This document shows, one piece after another, positions 28,590 through 38,688 of a stretch of 57,364 nt of DNA (its first letter is position 1; each line of letters starts with the position of its first letter). Below the pieces are notes generated by a model, which saw nothing but the letters and a program-made list of their open reading frames with translations, was not told where the DNA came from and made no database searches. Made by a program: the position numbers and the translations under genes. The stretch spans positions 1 to 57,364 of the IMG/VR virus record IMGVR_UViG_3300025382_000007; one strand, given 5' to 3'. Source of the stretch: a virus (taxonomy: Duplodnaviria > Caudoviricetes).

Positions 28590-28617
28590 ATACCTCCTGT
28601 TTATAGAGGTATTTATA
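28590..28617 (-). promoter_or_regulatory. Late promoter overlapping an RBS-sequestering hairpin
   Basis: Minus strand TATAAATACCTC-TATAAACAG-GAGGTAT-AAAATG; ATACCTC/GAGGTAT stem covers the SD. Confidence 0.8.
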
Positions 28618-28629
28618 CAAGTGTATCAC

Positions 28630-29370
28630 TTACCCGATCATGTCCGTAACTGGCAAGCTGTAACTGTTGATCATTTCATCTTCTAATTCTTTACGCTCCT
28701 CAGTTGCTTCATCATATATCTTTTGACCATTAAAAGTAATACCACCAGGTAGTGGCATTGAACCATATTTTTTAAGATTAGTACCATATTGTTGTTTGAT
28801 TAAACAAGTAGCATATCTTTGGAGCCAACGGTCTGTCCATACTTTAGTATAAACTGCTGGATCAACTACCTGATACGCTTCAAGAATAATATAATCGCCA
28901 GGATTGACAATACTCCAGTCCATATCAATATAGCAACGATTAATATAACGATTATATCTTAAAGGTTGCTGACCAACTAACATCTGTTCAAGAAATTGAA
29001 CATGCTGCAAAGCCATATAATATGGAACCATAGAAACTGATGTAAGAGTATAAAGATCGTTTAATGCTATTTGATATCGAATATTGAATAGATTATTTGT
29101 ATTTAAAGCCTGACCAACTGGAAACATATTAACAACACCAATAATATTATCTGGTAATGTTATATACTTATTAGTCTGATCTTGTGGTTGAATCTGATAT
29201 TTATAATATGTCTTTTCAGAACCAGAGAAATGATAGTCCCAGAAATACTGAAGAGCATCATCAATACGATCATCCAACTGATCATCATCGATGTTTACTT
29301 CATTTAAAGGTTTACCTAATCTACGAAGGCAGTACTCTTTAAAAGTATTTCTATCTACTGGTATTGCCAT
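28630..29370 (-). CDS. gp13: Neck protein
   Basis: YCLRRLG.P, Q..DRID.ALQ, K.Q.G.NL.K, LPGG..FNG. Confidence 0.94.
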   Translation of the reverse strand: MAIPVDRNTFKEYCLRRLGKPLNEVNIDDDQLDDRIDDALQYFWDYHFSGSEKTYYKYQIQPQDQTNKYITLPDNIIGVVNMFPVGQALNTNNLFNIRYQIALNDLYTLTSVSMVPYYMALQHVQFLEQMLVGQQPLRYNRYINRCYIDMDWSIVNPGDYIILEAYQVVDPAVYTKVWTDRWLQRYATCLIKQQYGTNLKKYGSMPLPGGITFNGQKIYDEATEERKELEDEMINSYSLPVTDMIG

Positions 29371-29379
29371 CTTTAATCC

Positions 29380-29736
29380 TTATTTCTTTACCCATGGAAA
29401 ATCAACATTTTTTTTCTCATACCTATTAATGCTTATCTTTTTATCTATTTCATCATTAATAAGATCATTATCAACAGGACTAATATTCTTTTGTATCCAA
29501 GTTAATAATGTTTTTTCTTTTAATTTACTAAATTCTGTAAATTTAAAACCTGAATTAGTTCCAAGAGCAATAGATACGGCATCTAAATCAAATCTAGTTC
29601 CACCTTCATAAATACCAATAACACCATCTTCACTAGTACCAATCTTTCTCCAAGATATACTGGCTACTGTATTTGGATTATTTGGAAGATCAGAAACGTG
29701 TAATTGAGTTATTTCCCAAGTGTAAGTAACTGTCAT
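29380..29736 (-). CDS. Tail-fibre-associated small protein (paralog of 52738-53115)
   Basis: MTVTYTWEIT..L, F..L.E..LL.WI, PW C-terminus; follows a fibre gene. Confidence 0.6.
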   Translation of the reverse strand: MTVTYTWEITQLHVSDLPNNPNTVASISWRKIGTSEDGVIGIYEGGTRFDLDAVSIALGTNSGFKFTEFSKLKEKTLLTWIQKNISPVDNDLINDEIDKKISINRYEKKNVDFPWVKK

Positions 29737-29737
29737 T

Positions 29738-32494
29738 TTAGTTTCCTTTAACCTGTTTCTTTAATTCATTAACCTCATCGGAAAGTTCTTTTATTCCTTG
29801 AATCAATAGAGCAACAATCTTTTCATATCTTACAGCTTTAGTTCCATCTTCTTTAGTTGAAACGATCTGTGGTAATACTTCTTCAATTTCTTGAGCAATA
29901 ACACCAACATCATGCTTTTTAATATAATATGGATCTTTTACTGATAGACTATCTAAATAATCATCTTTCCAATCAAATTCTACACCGTTTATTTTATTAA
30001 TCTTATTAAGAGCATTTGTTATTGGTTTAACATTTTCTTTAAGTCTTATATCTGATGACCAATACGCTGTAATATTACCTTGCGCGTAAAAATCACCAGA
30101 ATTTGCCATTAACCATCTAGCTGTACCATCATTTGTTTGGAATTCATGCACCCATTGAGCTGTGGTACCACCTCTATAAGTAGTACGATCACCATTAGTA
30201 AAATATAATCTTGGCCAACTGTCTGATGAATAATTCCAAACACTAACATCAAGATTAACAGAACTCATTCTTGACTGACCGCGACCTAACCAGAAGTACC
30301 CTTGGCTATAGTAGTCATAGAATCTTTCAGCATATAGAGCTGTACCACCCCAGTTATTATAACTCGTATAGTTACCAGCGTGTAACGCTGTTGATCCATT
30401 AATAACTAGATTAGCGCCATTTAGATTATAGTTTGTATTGTCCCAATAAAGATATCTAGTTTGCGCACTATTTAAGTACAATACACCTGAAGTACCACCT
30501 GATCTATAGACTGTAAGATCACCATTGGTAACATTAAGACCAGTGAATGATGGGGCATTACCGGTACCTAAATTCTGATTGATGGTGTAACCTGTAAGAC
30601 CGACTGCGTTGATGTTCCAGTTACCAGAAGCTCCGGCGCCAGTTAATGATGGAGCATATGAATTATAGTTACCAGCATCTAGCGCAATGTTACCTGCGAA
30701 CGACGGTCTATGTTCAAAATACCATCTTGGTGTTCCATCATTATATACTCTTGATACTGTACCACTGTTGAGCTGCAGTCCGATCATCCAGCTCGAACCA
30801 TTTATATTAAGACCTAAAGAACCACCTGGAGTAGAAGAAACAGTAGAACTGAAAGTACCAGTAGTTCCAGACAAACCAGCAGAAGATGAAATAGCGCCAG
30901 AACTAATCGTACCACCAAAAGTAGTTCCAGCTGCAGTGGCATCGATGTTAACAGCGCCGGTCCCAAGATTAAAATAGAACGGTCTCAACGCACTGTTTGA
31001 ACCATATTGATTTGCAGATGCAGTTGCTTGAATATATAAACTAGTACCATCATTCTTAATAATGGCTCCATAGTTACCAGAGATCGCACGGAACTGTCCA
31101 CCACCTGTAGTATAGCTAGTACTAATTACTTCACTACTATGTCTTGCAATACCATTAATATCTACAAGATAAGCAGGAGTAGAAGTACCTATACCAATAT
31201 TACCATTGGCTGAAATATATTGTCTAACTGTATTGTTAGAACTAAGAGTTAGATAAGAATTATCAATAACATTGATATAACCAGATTTATCAGAGCTAAC
31301 CTGACCTATATTCATACCAGAAGCTGTGTAAGTGCCAAATGATATATATGATTGTGCAGATGCACCAGTATTAGTATTTCTTACAATAATACCATCTGCA
31401 GCATTTAATGAACTTACTACATGTAATTTATTTGTTGGATTATTAATACCAAAACTAATTAAGCCATTAGCAAAGAAATAGTTTGAAGTAGCATTTAGCG
31501 ATAGAGTACCATTAGAACAGACAATTACTGGAGTCGTTAGAGTATAATTGTCTTTGTTATAAGTGAAAAAACCATTAGAGCCTAATGATCCTCTATCATT
31601 GACGATAATTTGAGTGTTGTTGTAGAAATCGCCTGGTGCGGTAACAGAGGCTGAACCAACTGGACCCCAAGTGACTGTACCTGCACCACTTGAAATCAAG
31701 ACCTGTCCTGTACCACCGGAATATCCAGTAGAATCTAAAAGACCGGCTGAGACCGTTAGATTGTTTGAAAATCTCCATGGTCCAGTAATAGTATACTGAG
31801 TAGAGTTATTAGCAACAAGAAATTCGTATACGTTTCTTCCATTGATAGTATTTGAAAGAGTAACGTTTCCTGTTACAACCAGAGTATTAGAGAATATAAC
31901 ATTACCGGTAACAGTCACTGAATTAGAGAATGTAGCATTACCTGTAGTTATAATAGTATTGGATAAAGTTGTGGCTCCAGTTACTGTTAATATACCACCG
32001 ACATATGTCGTGTAATTTAAATTAGCAGTGCCAAGAACTGTTATTGTATTAGAAAAACTAGCAGGACCATTGTGATAACTATTATTTGCCATAGTGGCAA
32101 CAGCATTAAGAGTAGTTGGTCCTAAGAAAAGAGAAGTATTTCCAACTGTTAATTGATTACCTAAACTAGTATTTCCAGTAATAGTAAGATTAGCAAATCC
32201 ATAAATTGTAGACTGGACGTTTGCTATTCCTTGTATAAAAATAGAACCATTTGAATATATATTACCATTGGCGGAAATGGTATTACCAAAAGTTGCAGAA
32301 CCTACTACTGATATAGTATTACTTACTCCAAGGGTGCCAGTGATGGCAACGTTGCCCTGAGTATTAGCATTACCTATAATAGTAACATTAGCATCTGGAG
32401 AACTGGTATTAAACCCTATTTGACCATTATTGGCCCAAATTAAATTAGAATTTACAGTAAGTCCATTTTTGACTTTAAAATCTTTATCAGCCAT
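29738..32494 (-). CDS. Tail fibre with C-terminal intramolecular chaperone (peptidase S74)
   Basis: MADKDFKVKNGL start; N/T/G/S-rich repeats; SDIRLKEN...GVIAQE...LIQGIKEL. Confidence 0.9.
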   Translation of the reverse strand: MADKDFKVKNGLTVNSNLIWANNGQIGFNTSSPDANVTIIGNANTQGNVAITGTLGVSNTISVVGSATFGNTISANGNIYSNGSIFIQGIANVQSTIYGFANLTITGNTSLGNQLTVGNTSLFLGPTTLNAVATMANNSYHNGPASFSNTITVLGTANLNYTTYVGGILTVTGATTLSNTIITTGNATFSNSVTVTGNVIFSNTLVVTGNVTLSNTINGRNVYEFLVANNSTQYTITGPWRFSNNLTVSAGLLDSTGYSGGTGQVLISSGAGTVTWGPVGSASVTAPGDFYNNTQIIVNDRGSLGSNGFFTYNKDNYTLTTPVIVCSNGTLSLNATSNYFFANGLISFGINNPTNKLHVVSSLNAADGIIVRNTNTGASAQSYISFGTYTASGMNIGQVSSDKSGYINVIDNSYLTLSSNNTVRQYISANGNIGIGTSTPAYLVDINGIARHSSEVISTSYTTGGGQFRAISGNYGAIIKNDGTSLYIQATASANQYGSNSALRPFYFNLGTGAVNIDATAAGTTFGGTISSGAISSSAGLSGTTGTFSSTVSSTPGGSLGLNINGSSWMIGLQLNSGTVSRVYNDGTPRWYFEHRPSFAGNIALDAGNYNSYAPSLTGAGASGNWNINAVGLTGYTINQNLGTGNAPSFTGLNVTNGDLTVYRSGGTSGVLYLNSAQTRYLYWDNTNYNLNGANLVINGSTALHAGNYTSYNNWGGTALYAERFYDYYSQGYFWLGRGQSRMSSVNLDVSVWNYSSDSWPRLYFTNGDRTTYRGGTTAQWVHEFQTNDGTARWLMANSGDFYAQGNITAYWSSDIRLKENVKPITNALNKINKINGVEFDWKDDYLDSLSVKDPYYIKKHDVGVIAQEIEEVLPQIVSTKEDGTKAVRYEKIVALLIQGIKELSDEVNELKKQVKGN

Positions 32495-32534
32495 CGGTTC
32501 CCTTTCCCCATGGTCATTGTTATTATTGTTTATT

Positions 32535-32542
32535 TATTTATA
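32535..32542 (-). promoter_or_regulatory. Late promoter for the fibre/gp13 operon
   Basis: TATAAATA in the intergenic gap. Confidence 0.75.
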
Positions 32543-32543
32543 T

Positions 32544-33239
32544 TTAGTCTTCTAGTAAATTCTGTTTAATTAATTTAATAAGATGTTTTTTAACCTTTGA
32601 GTCTCTAAACATATCATAGTAACGTTTTAAAGGCCAAAAACCACTTTTGTATTTTCTGGTAATAACAATATTTCCAACAATGGCTTCAAATTCATCAGTC
32701 ATATAAAATTTCTTAAGTTCTATTTTTTCATTAGTTTTAAATTCCAAATAAGCATAAACATCACCAACCGGCATATTTACATTAGTGACTCCATCTCTGA
32801 CAAAGAAAGCACATTCAAATGGTCTAAACCATTTTCCTATATCCATTCTACCTGGTATTAATGTTGTTTTATCCACAAAGTCATTTTTAATAAAATAAGG
32901 ATGTTTAATTTCTGCTTCAAGTTCTTCTTCACAAAAGAAATAATAACCAAATTTTAAAGAAGCCAATCTTGTTTTATAATCTCTTGGTAAAATATAAGTA
33001 CTAAAATAAGAAGGATTATAAGTATCACTACTCATAAAATTATCTTCAATATTAAGATCAAAGTCTATAGGAAATTTCAAAGAATAAGTATTCTTTAATA
33101 CATCCATAAAAGCTGGACATTTTGTATATTTTTCATCTTTATGTTTTTTTAATGATTCATTAAGAACTTTACCAGGTGGTAAAAAATTAATATATGGAAT
33201 ATCTTTTGATCTTTGATCTACTGCCCAATAAACTATCAT
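32544..33239 (-). CDS. Conserved-type phage hypothetical protein
   Basis: CPAF.D, HP, PG.MDIGKWFRP pattern seen in T4-like accessory genes; function unknown. Confidence 0.6.
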   Translation of the reverse strand: MIVYWAVDQRSKDIPYINFLPPGKVLNESLKKHKDEKYTKCPAFMDVLKNTYSLKFPIDFDLNIEDNFMSSDTYNPSYFSTYILPRDYKTRLASLKFGYYFFCEEELEAEIKHPYFIKNDFVDKTTLIPGRMDIGKWFRPFECAFFVRDGVTNVNMPVGDVYAYLEFKTNEKIELKKFYMTDEFEAIVGNIVITRKYKSGFWPLKRYYDMFRDSKVKKHLIKLIKQNLLED

Positions 33240-33243
33240 TTAA

Positions 33244-34539
33244 CTAATCTTTCATTTCAGTATGAGTAAAATCAATTTCTTTAATTCCATATTCTTCTGG
33301 ATCAGGTCTTCTTATTTTTCCATAAACACCAGAAACTACCATACCGGTCATACGATATATTGCTGCACCAAGAATTCCTATATAATAGTAATAATGATTA
33401 TTGCAAGTATGATACCAGTTTTCTCCTTCCATAAACATACAAGCTCCTGCACATAATTGCAATACAGGACATTCTGAACACTCTTTTCTATTAGACCAAT
33501 GCCAAGCAGTATTTAATTTGATATTATCAAAGTCTTGAACATTTCCAATTCTGTGTTTGCCAAGATCTCCAGTATCTTGACATGTCATAACATTACCTAA
33601 TAAATCGACAGTAATAACATCTTCTTTATCCATTAAACAACCTTGATACAAAGAACTAGATGGTCTTTGCGTTGCTATTGAATTTACAAAACTATTAATG
33701 GCATTATTTAAAACAGGTAAAATATTTTCTTTTGGTTTCATTGCAGCTAATGCTACATTATTTGTTAATTTATCATATTGTTCTTTAGTAAATGGTTTAC
33801 TGCCTTCAGTATGATAAACAATTCCAACTAAATTTACACTGACATTCTCGTCATCAAATTTTTTCTTAAAGAATTCTACTATCTTTTCTATATCAAAATT
33901 ATCAGGAGTTAGAACGGCATTAAATGACATTCTTCCTCTTCTTAATTTTTGTAGTTTATTAATCATATTAAATTGTTTTTTGTCTTCAAAGGGATCAGGT
34001 CCACGAAGATGCTGTCCCGGTCCATCGTGTGAAATCACAAAAATTATATTATATTTTTGAACATATTCTATTATTTCTTCTGTAATTAAACTACCATTTG
34101 ATGTTATTAAGAATTCTGTTTTTGGAAATTTCTCTGATAATTTCTCTAATAGAAATTTAACTTTGTTCCAGTATAATAGTGGTTCTCCTCCCCAGAATTC
34201 AATTTTATCTGGCTCTCCTTCCAGCCACCTATCAATATTATTCATAAATATTTCAGCGTCTCTGATATTAGTCTTAGACGAATACTTAACTTCTTTTTGT
34301 TGATTGCAGTAAGAACAAGAATAATTACAGCCCAAACCTAATTGGATCTTTATCTTTTTTAATTTTTTACTTTTCTTACCTGGATTTTCTGGAGAAACTC
34401 TAGTCGCAACTTCATAATTGTGTTCTTTAATATTCTGAACTAAATTCACACCATTCTCATCATATAGAGTAGAAGTATGTGGATCATATGAAATGTAATG
34501 AGTTAGACCATTTCTATCTACTAATTCTATCTTAAACAT
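33244..34539 (-). CDS. Radical SAM/SPASM protein (copy 2)
   Basis: CNYSCSYC, WGGEPLL, SHDG; SPASM C..GNVMTC...CSECPVLQLCAGAC...C. Confidence 0.95.
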   Translation of the reverse strand: MFKIELVDRNGLTHYISYDPHTSTLYDENGVNLVQNIKEHNYEVATRVSPENPGKKSKKLKKIKIQLGLGCNYSCSYCNQQKEVKYSSKTNIRDAEIFMNNIDRWLEGEPDKIEFWGGEPLLYWNKVKFLLEKLSEKFPKTEFLITSNGSLITEEIIEYVQKYNIIFVISHDGPGQHLRGPDPFEDKKQFNMINKLQKLRRGRMSFNAVLTPDNFDIEKIVEFFKKKFDDENVSVNLVGIVYHTEGSKPFTKEQYDKLTNNVALAAMKPKENILPVLNNAINSFVNSIATQRPSSSLYQGCLMDKEDVITVDLLGNVMTCQDTGDLGKHRIGNVQDFDNIKLNTAWHWSNRKECSECPVLQLCAGACMFMEGENWYHTCNNHYYYYIGILGAAIYRMTGMVVSGVYGKIRRPDPEEYGIKEIDFTHTEMKD

Positions 34540-34540
34540 A

Positions 34541-34837
34541 TTATCTGCCTTTAAAGTAATTAAGGTTTATGATCCACGTTTCATCATTAATTTTTTCTAA
34601 AATAGGTATATTATTTGATATAATAAAATCTTTATTATCTAATACAATAGATATATATTCTTTATTTCCAATCAAAATTTCTGGTATCTGTATAAATGTT
34701 GATTGTTTCTTATCTTCTAAATCACTAACTAATGAATTATAATAATATATATCGTTTAATTGATACATAAAACTATCAATTATTGGCCATTGTTTTATTT
34801 CCCATATATTGCTATCTATGAATGGTTCATCAATCAT
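34541..34837 (-). CDS. Hypothetical protein
   Basis: 98-aa ORF translationally coupled in the operon. Confidence 0.55.
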   Translation of the reverse strand: MIDEPFIDSNIWEIKQWPIIDSFMYQLNDIYYYNSLVSDLEDKKQSTFIQIPEILIGNKEYISIVLDNKDFIISNNIPILEKINDETWIINLNYFKGR

Positions 34838-35895
34838 ATTGAAATCTTTATTTTTAACTTTGACATATCATAACTATTTTTAAAATTATCTAGCATTAAT
34901 ATCCAATTTGCTTTATTGATAGATAGACAAGATACTGCTTTAGATTTATTTTTAGCATAATCTTTAAGACCACAATCTGATATGAATTCTCTCATTTGCC
35001 ATCGATGTGTATTAGGTTTACCAGGAATTTTAGTCCATGGATCTTTAGTGTGTATTGCCCATTTTTGGAAATCTTCAGTATCAAAGAAATGAAAAACTGT
35101 TTTAATCTTTTCTGGATCCATTTCTGATAACAATTCATATATACCATTATACCAATCAAAATTGAAAATACAATACCATCTTAGATCTGCTATTGTTTCT
35201 ATTTTTCTTGGAGATGCGTTTATAGATGGTGTTAAGAAATCTATTAATTCTTGATTTATATATTTCTTATAATCTTTATATATTGTTTCTTTTGTTCCTA
35301 GTGTATGGTGAAAGAAAGCAACAGATCTATCTTCAGCAAAGAAATCATCGGTAGGTCCAAATAACTGGTTTCCTTGAAACCCAGTAACCCAAATACAATC
35401 TTCTGTTTTACTTCTAATAATATTTGTTGGAAATATTTTTATTTCATAATTATAATTATTCTTAATAAATCTATCAAATATATCACCAGATTCTATAATA
35501 GAAGAATATGTACCATATACCGTGATCTGTTCTTTTGGAACATATTGAGATAAAAATAAAAGAACAAAAGTACTATCAATTCCACCAGACCAACATACTT
35601 TTATTTGTTTATTTTTTGATGCTAGTTCTTTGCATCTTTCTTCGCATATAGAATAGAAATCTTTATTAAAAGAAAGATCAAAAGAAGGAATTGGATGTTT
35701 ATTAGACATCATTAGATAATGAGGAACTTTACCAGTTCTATCATAAACTGGATTTCTATTTAAACCAAATTGATTATAAGATTTAAAAATATTATTATAG
35801 TCAATATTAAGATAGGGTGAAATTTGATTCACCCTATCTTCTTTTATCATATTAGATAAAAGATGAACGTTATAGTGTAGAACTTTGAACGTCAT
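34834..35895 (-). CDS. Asparagine-synthetase-like N-type ATP pyrophosphatase
   Basis: WSGGIDST PP-loop, VTG..G.QLFG, FFDT.DFQ.W. Confidence 0.8.
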   Translation of the reverse strand: MTFKVLHYNVHLLSNMIKEDRVNQISPYLNIDYNNIFKSYNQFGLNRNPVYDRTGKVPHYLMMSNKHPIPSFDLSFNKDFYSICEERCKELASKNKQIKVCWSGGIDSTFVLLFLSQYVPKEQITVYGTYSSIIESGDIFDRFIKNNYNYEIKIFPTNIIRSKTEDCIWVTGFQGNQLFGPTDDFFAEDRSVAFFHHTLGTKETIYKDYKKYINQELIDFLTPSINASPRKIETIADLRWYCIFNFDWYNGIYELLSEMDPEKIKTVFHFFDTEDFQKWAIHTKDPWTKIPGKPNTHRWQMREFISDCGLKDYAKNKSKAVSCLSINKANWILMLDNFKNSYDMSKLKIKISI

Positions 35896-36121
35896 TCACT
35901 TCTTTTCCCCAATCGGTACGGTTCCATAATCTTTCGTGAACCCAATAAGCGATGGAGTTAACTACTAGAGCAAAAGAGATAACACCAAGACCTACCCATG
36001 GATTACCTGATGCAATCCATCCACCAAAGAAGTTGGTCAATGATACAATGATACGCCAAGTCACAACTTTAACAAAACTGCGCTTTTGTTGTTCTGTCCA
36101 CTTATTATTCAAATCAAACAT
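35870..36121 (-). CDS. DUF2061-like membrane protein
   Basis: RSFVKVVTWRI...Y..HERLWN..WG. Confidence 0.8.
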   Translation of the reverse strand: MFDLNNKWTEQQKRSFVKVVTWRIIVSLTNFFGGWIASGNPWVGLGVISFALVVNSIAYWVHERLWNRTDWGKEVNDVQSSTL

Positions 36122-36163
36122 ATTATTTCTCCATAAAGTTTATATTGGTTATTAACCAATAAT

Positions 36164-36193
36164 ATTATAATATACTTTTTAAAAAAAGTAAAC
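36164..36193 (-). promoter_or_regulatory. Sigma70/early-type promoter inside the island
   Basis: GTTTACT-17 nt-TATAAT on the minus strand, upstream of the DUF2061 gene. Confidence 0.7.
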
Positions 36194-36200
36194 ACAATAA

Positions 36201-36854
36201 TTATCTTTGTTGGTCAATATATGTTCTAATCTTTAATGGATTAATTTCATCTGTAGGCCCATCGCCAGAATCAGGGGCAAAGACAAATAGAATAACTTCT
36301 TCATTATCAGTAATAAAATTATGTAATGTGTTTCTTCTCATAAAGAATGCTTCACCTTCAACAACATTATGATACTTATTATTATCTAATTCAATTTTTC
36401 CATTTCCTTTAAGAATAAGACCTATTCTATGACTAGGATGAGTATGTAAAGTTTGATACATAGCTTTTGGAAAATGAACATAATTAACTACAGGATCTCC
36501 TAATCTACCTGGAGTAATTGCTGTAGTATTAGTACCACCATCAATATAAGATAGATTACCAATATCTAATTCATTCTGAATAAAGAATTGATTTTCTTTA
36601 AAACGTAAACCAGGATAATTTATAATAACAGCAGATGCATCCGGTCCACATGATATTGTGTATACTTGACCTACCATAAAAGCGCCATACGCATTTTTAA
36701 TATGCGTAGCACCATCTTCATATGAAGCATTACGTAAAAGAATATAATCAGTACCAGATGGTATAAATGTTTTAACTTCGTTTGGCTCCAACTTTGTGAT
36801 ATTAAGCATCCATCTATCGGTGCTAATATATTCACTTTCTAAAGTCATTATCAT
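36201..36854 (-). CDS. Cupin-domain protein
   Basis: QTLHTHPSHRIG..L.G.G, H.F.T cupin motifs. Confidence 0.8.
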   Translation of the reverse strand: MIMTLESEYISTDRWMLNITKLEPNEVKTFIPSGTDYILLRNASYEDGATHIKNAYGAFMVGQVYTISCGPDASAVIINYPGLRFKENQFFIQNELDIGNLSYIDGGTNTTAITPGRLGDPVVNYVHFPKAMYQTLHTHPSHRIGLILKGNGKIELDNNKYHNVVEGEAFFMRRNTLHNFITDNEEVILFVFAPDSGDGPTDEINPLKIRTYIDQQR

Positions 36855-37959
36855 AGTTTATGAACTCCTCGGTTGGATACTCATTATATATATTCATTTT
36901 CTCATCAATCATTGTTGCTAATTTTTTTCTTCTTACTGGAGTATTTAAACTACCAAACTTATCTTTATCTTTAAGATATTCATCATCTTTATTAAAATTG
37001 TATATATATTTTTTTGATTCTAGTTTCATATCTTTAAAATTATCAATATTAAAATTTTGCATTGAGTTCATTGACCACAATTGAAAATTATCATTATTAA
37101 AAAAAGATGTATAACCTATTTCAAATTCAATTTTATTAACATTATTACTAAAAGGAATCATTCTAAAATAACACGATTGCCATTTGGTTGCAAAGATAAT
37201 CCACCAAAGAAACATAGCATTATTTTCTATTTTTATAGGAGCATTATCACATATTTTTTTCCATATAAAATAAAGATTTTCAGCTGAGTTTTTATCTTTA
37301 TATATTGGTAAGAAATGATCAATAAGTTCTATCATTGGCCCATCTTGAACATAATTATACAAAAAGTTTATATTTCTATTTCTTAGATAATCTAAAGAAA
37401 AATTTGGTAAATACAGTTGGTCAGATTGTTCACCACTAATAACTATATATTTTTTTGATCCAATATAATTAATATATTTTGAAGATGGAATACATTCTAT
37501 ATCATATGGTGATATAAAGTTATAATAAAAATTTGGATTCTCTCCTATACTAAATTCATTCATTAATAATAATATATTATCTTTAATAATAGTTTTTGGA
37601 AAGTTTTTAAAAAAAGAAGTAACTACCATAGTAGAGTCTATACCTCCACTATACATAATAGCAATCTTTCTATTAGTGTTTATTGCTTGCTTCATAAGTT
37701 CTTTAGATCGCATATCACATATTTCAGAAAATGAAATATCTATCTTTTTATACTTTGGTATTTCCAAATGTGATAAAAGTTTATAATTTAATGGAATCTT
37801 TATTGAATTTGATCTATCATAAAAAACATAGTTTCCACCCACTATATGAAATAACATTGAAAATAGTTTACCACCAGGTATTGATTCTAAATTCTTTTGA
37901 TTGATGGGATTTCGAAAAATATCAATACTATTATAATATATAAGTTTTTTCATAATCAT
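36832..37959 (-). CDS. Second asparagine-synthetase-like ATP pyrophosphatase
   Basis: YSGGIDST, SGE.SDQL, FF....FQLW. Confidence 0.8.
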   Translation of the reverse strand: MIMKKLIYYNSIDIFRNPINQKNLESIPGGKLFSMLFHIVGGNYVFYDRSNSIKIPLNYKLLSHLEIPKYKKIDISFSEICDMRSKELMKQAINTNRKIAIMYSGGIDSTMVVTSFFKNFPKTIIKDNILLLMNEFSIGENPNFYYNFISPYDIECIPSSKYINYIGSKKYIVISGEQSDQLYLPNFSLDYLRNRNINFLYNYVQDGPMIELIDHFLPIYKDKNSAENLYFIWKKICDNAPIKIENNAMFLWWIIFATKWQSCYFRMIPFSNNVNKIEFEIGYTSFFNNDNFQLWSMNSMQNFNIDNFKDMKLESKKYIYNFNKDDEYLKDKDKFGSLNTPVRRKKLATMIDEKMNIYNEYPTEEFINYDNDFRK

Positions 37960-38687
37960 ATACCTAACTTAGCATAGTTCCACATTTTATTTTCAAAATC
38001 TTGATAAATCATTGGTAAATTTTTTATATCTTTTTCTTTTTTTAATAAATTAGCATATTCCATTTGTATAGATTCAGATTCTGAAACTGTTACTAAGTCA
38101 CAAGATATTTTAAATTTTATTTCTCTTGCAGCCTGATATAAATCAATATTTCTATTTTTTGCATATGCAGAAGTAATAGGATATTTTTGATAATCATCTT
38201 GGTTTAGATTGTTATTTAATATTTCATTAACTTCAAACATTTTTCCAATAAATGAATATACATTATAAGGTAATCTATTAAATAAAGCAGTTGATTGATA
38301 TAAAATATTTTGAATTATTTCATCCATATATTGTAATTTTTGAGAAGTTAAAATATATTCATATAATTCATTTTTATCTTTTATATTTGTATCAAAAATC
38401 CAACTTTGACGTGGTTTATCAAAAACAATTTTATATATTTTTTCATATGGAATTTTAATAATATTTTCATTTTCTACATAAAGAGAATTCCTTGTTATTT
38501 TTGTGTGATCAATAAATGCTTCTGTTGTTTCATAAAATTTTGCTAATCCAATAATTCTTCCACTAGATGCTAGCATTAATACAGGAACACTTATTGTATT
38601 ATTAATAACAATATTATTCAATCTCCTTCTGAAAAAATAAGGAGAAAAAGATTCATGATAGTCATCAATTTCTTTTTCGGTTAACAT
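37956..38687 (-). CDS. Hypothetical protein
   Basis: 243-aa ORF with a helical C-terminus, coupled to the ATP pyrophosphatase gene. Confidence 0.6.
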   Translation of the reverse strand: MLTEKEIDDYHESFSPYFFRRRLNNIVINNTISVPVLMLASSGRIIGLAKFYETTEAFIDHTKITRNSLYVENENIIKIPYEKIYKIVFDKPRQSWIFDTNIKDKNELYEYILTSQKLQYMDEIIQNILYQSTALFNRLPYNVYSFIGKMFEVNEILNNNLNQDDYQKYPITSAYAKNRNIDLYQAAREIKFKISCDLVTVSESESIQMEYANLLKKEKDIKNLPMIYQDFENKMWNYAKLGI

Positions 38688-38688
38688 T

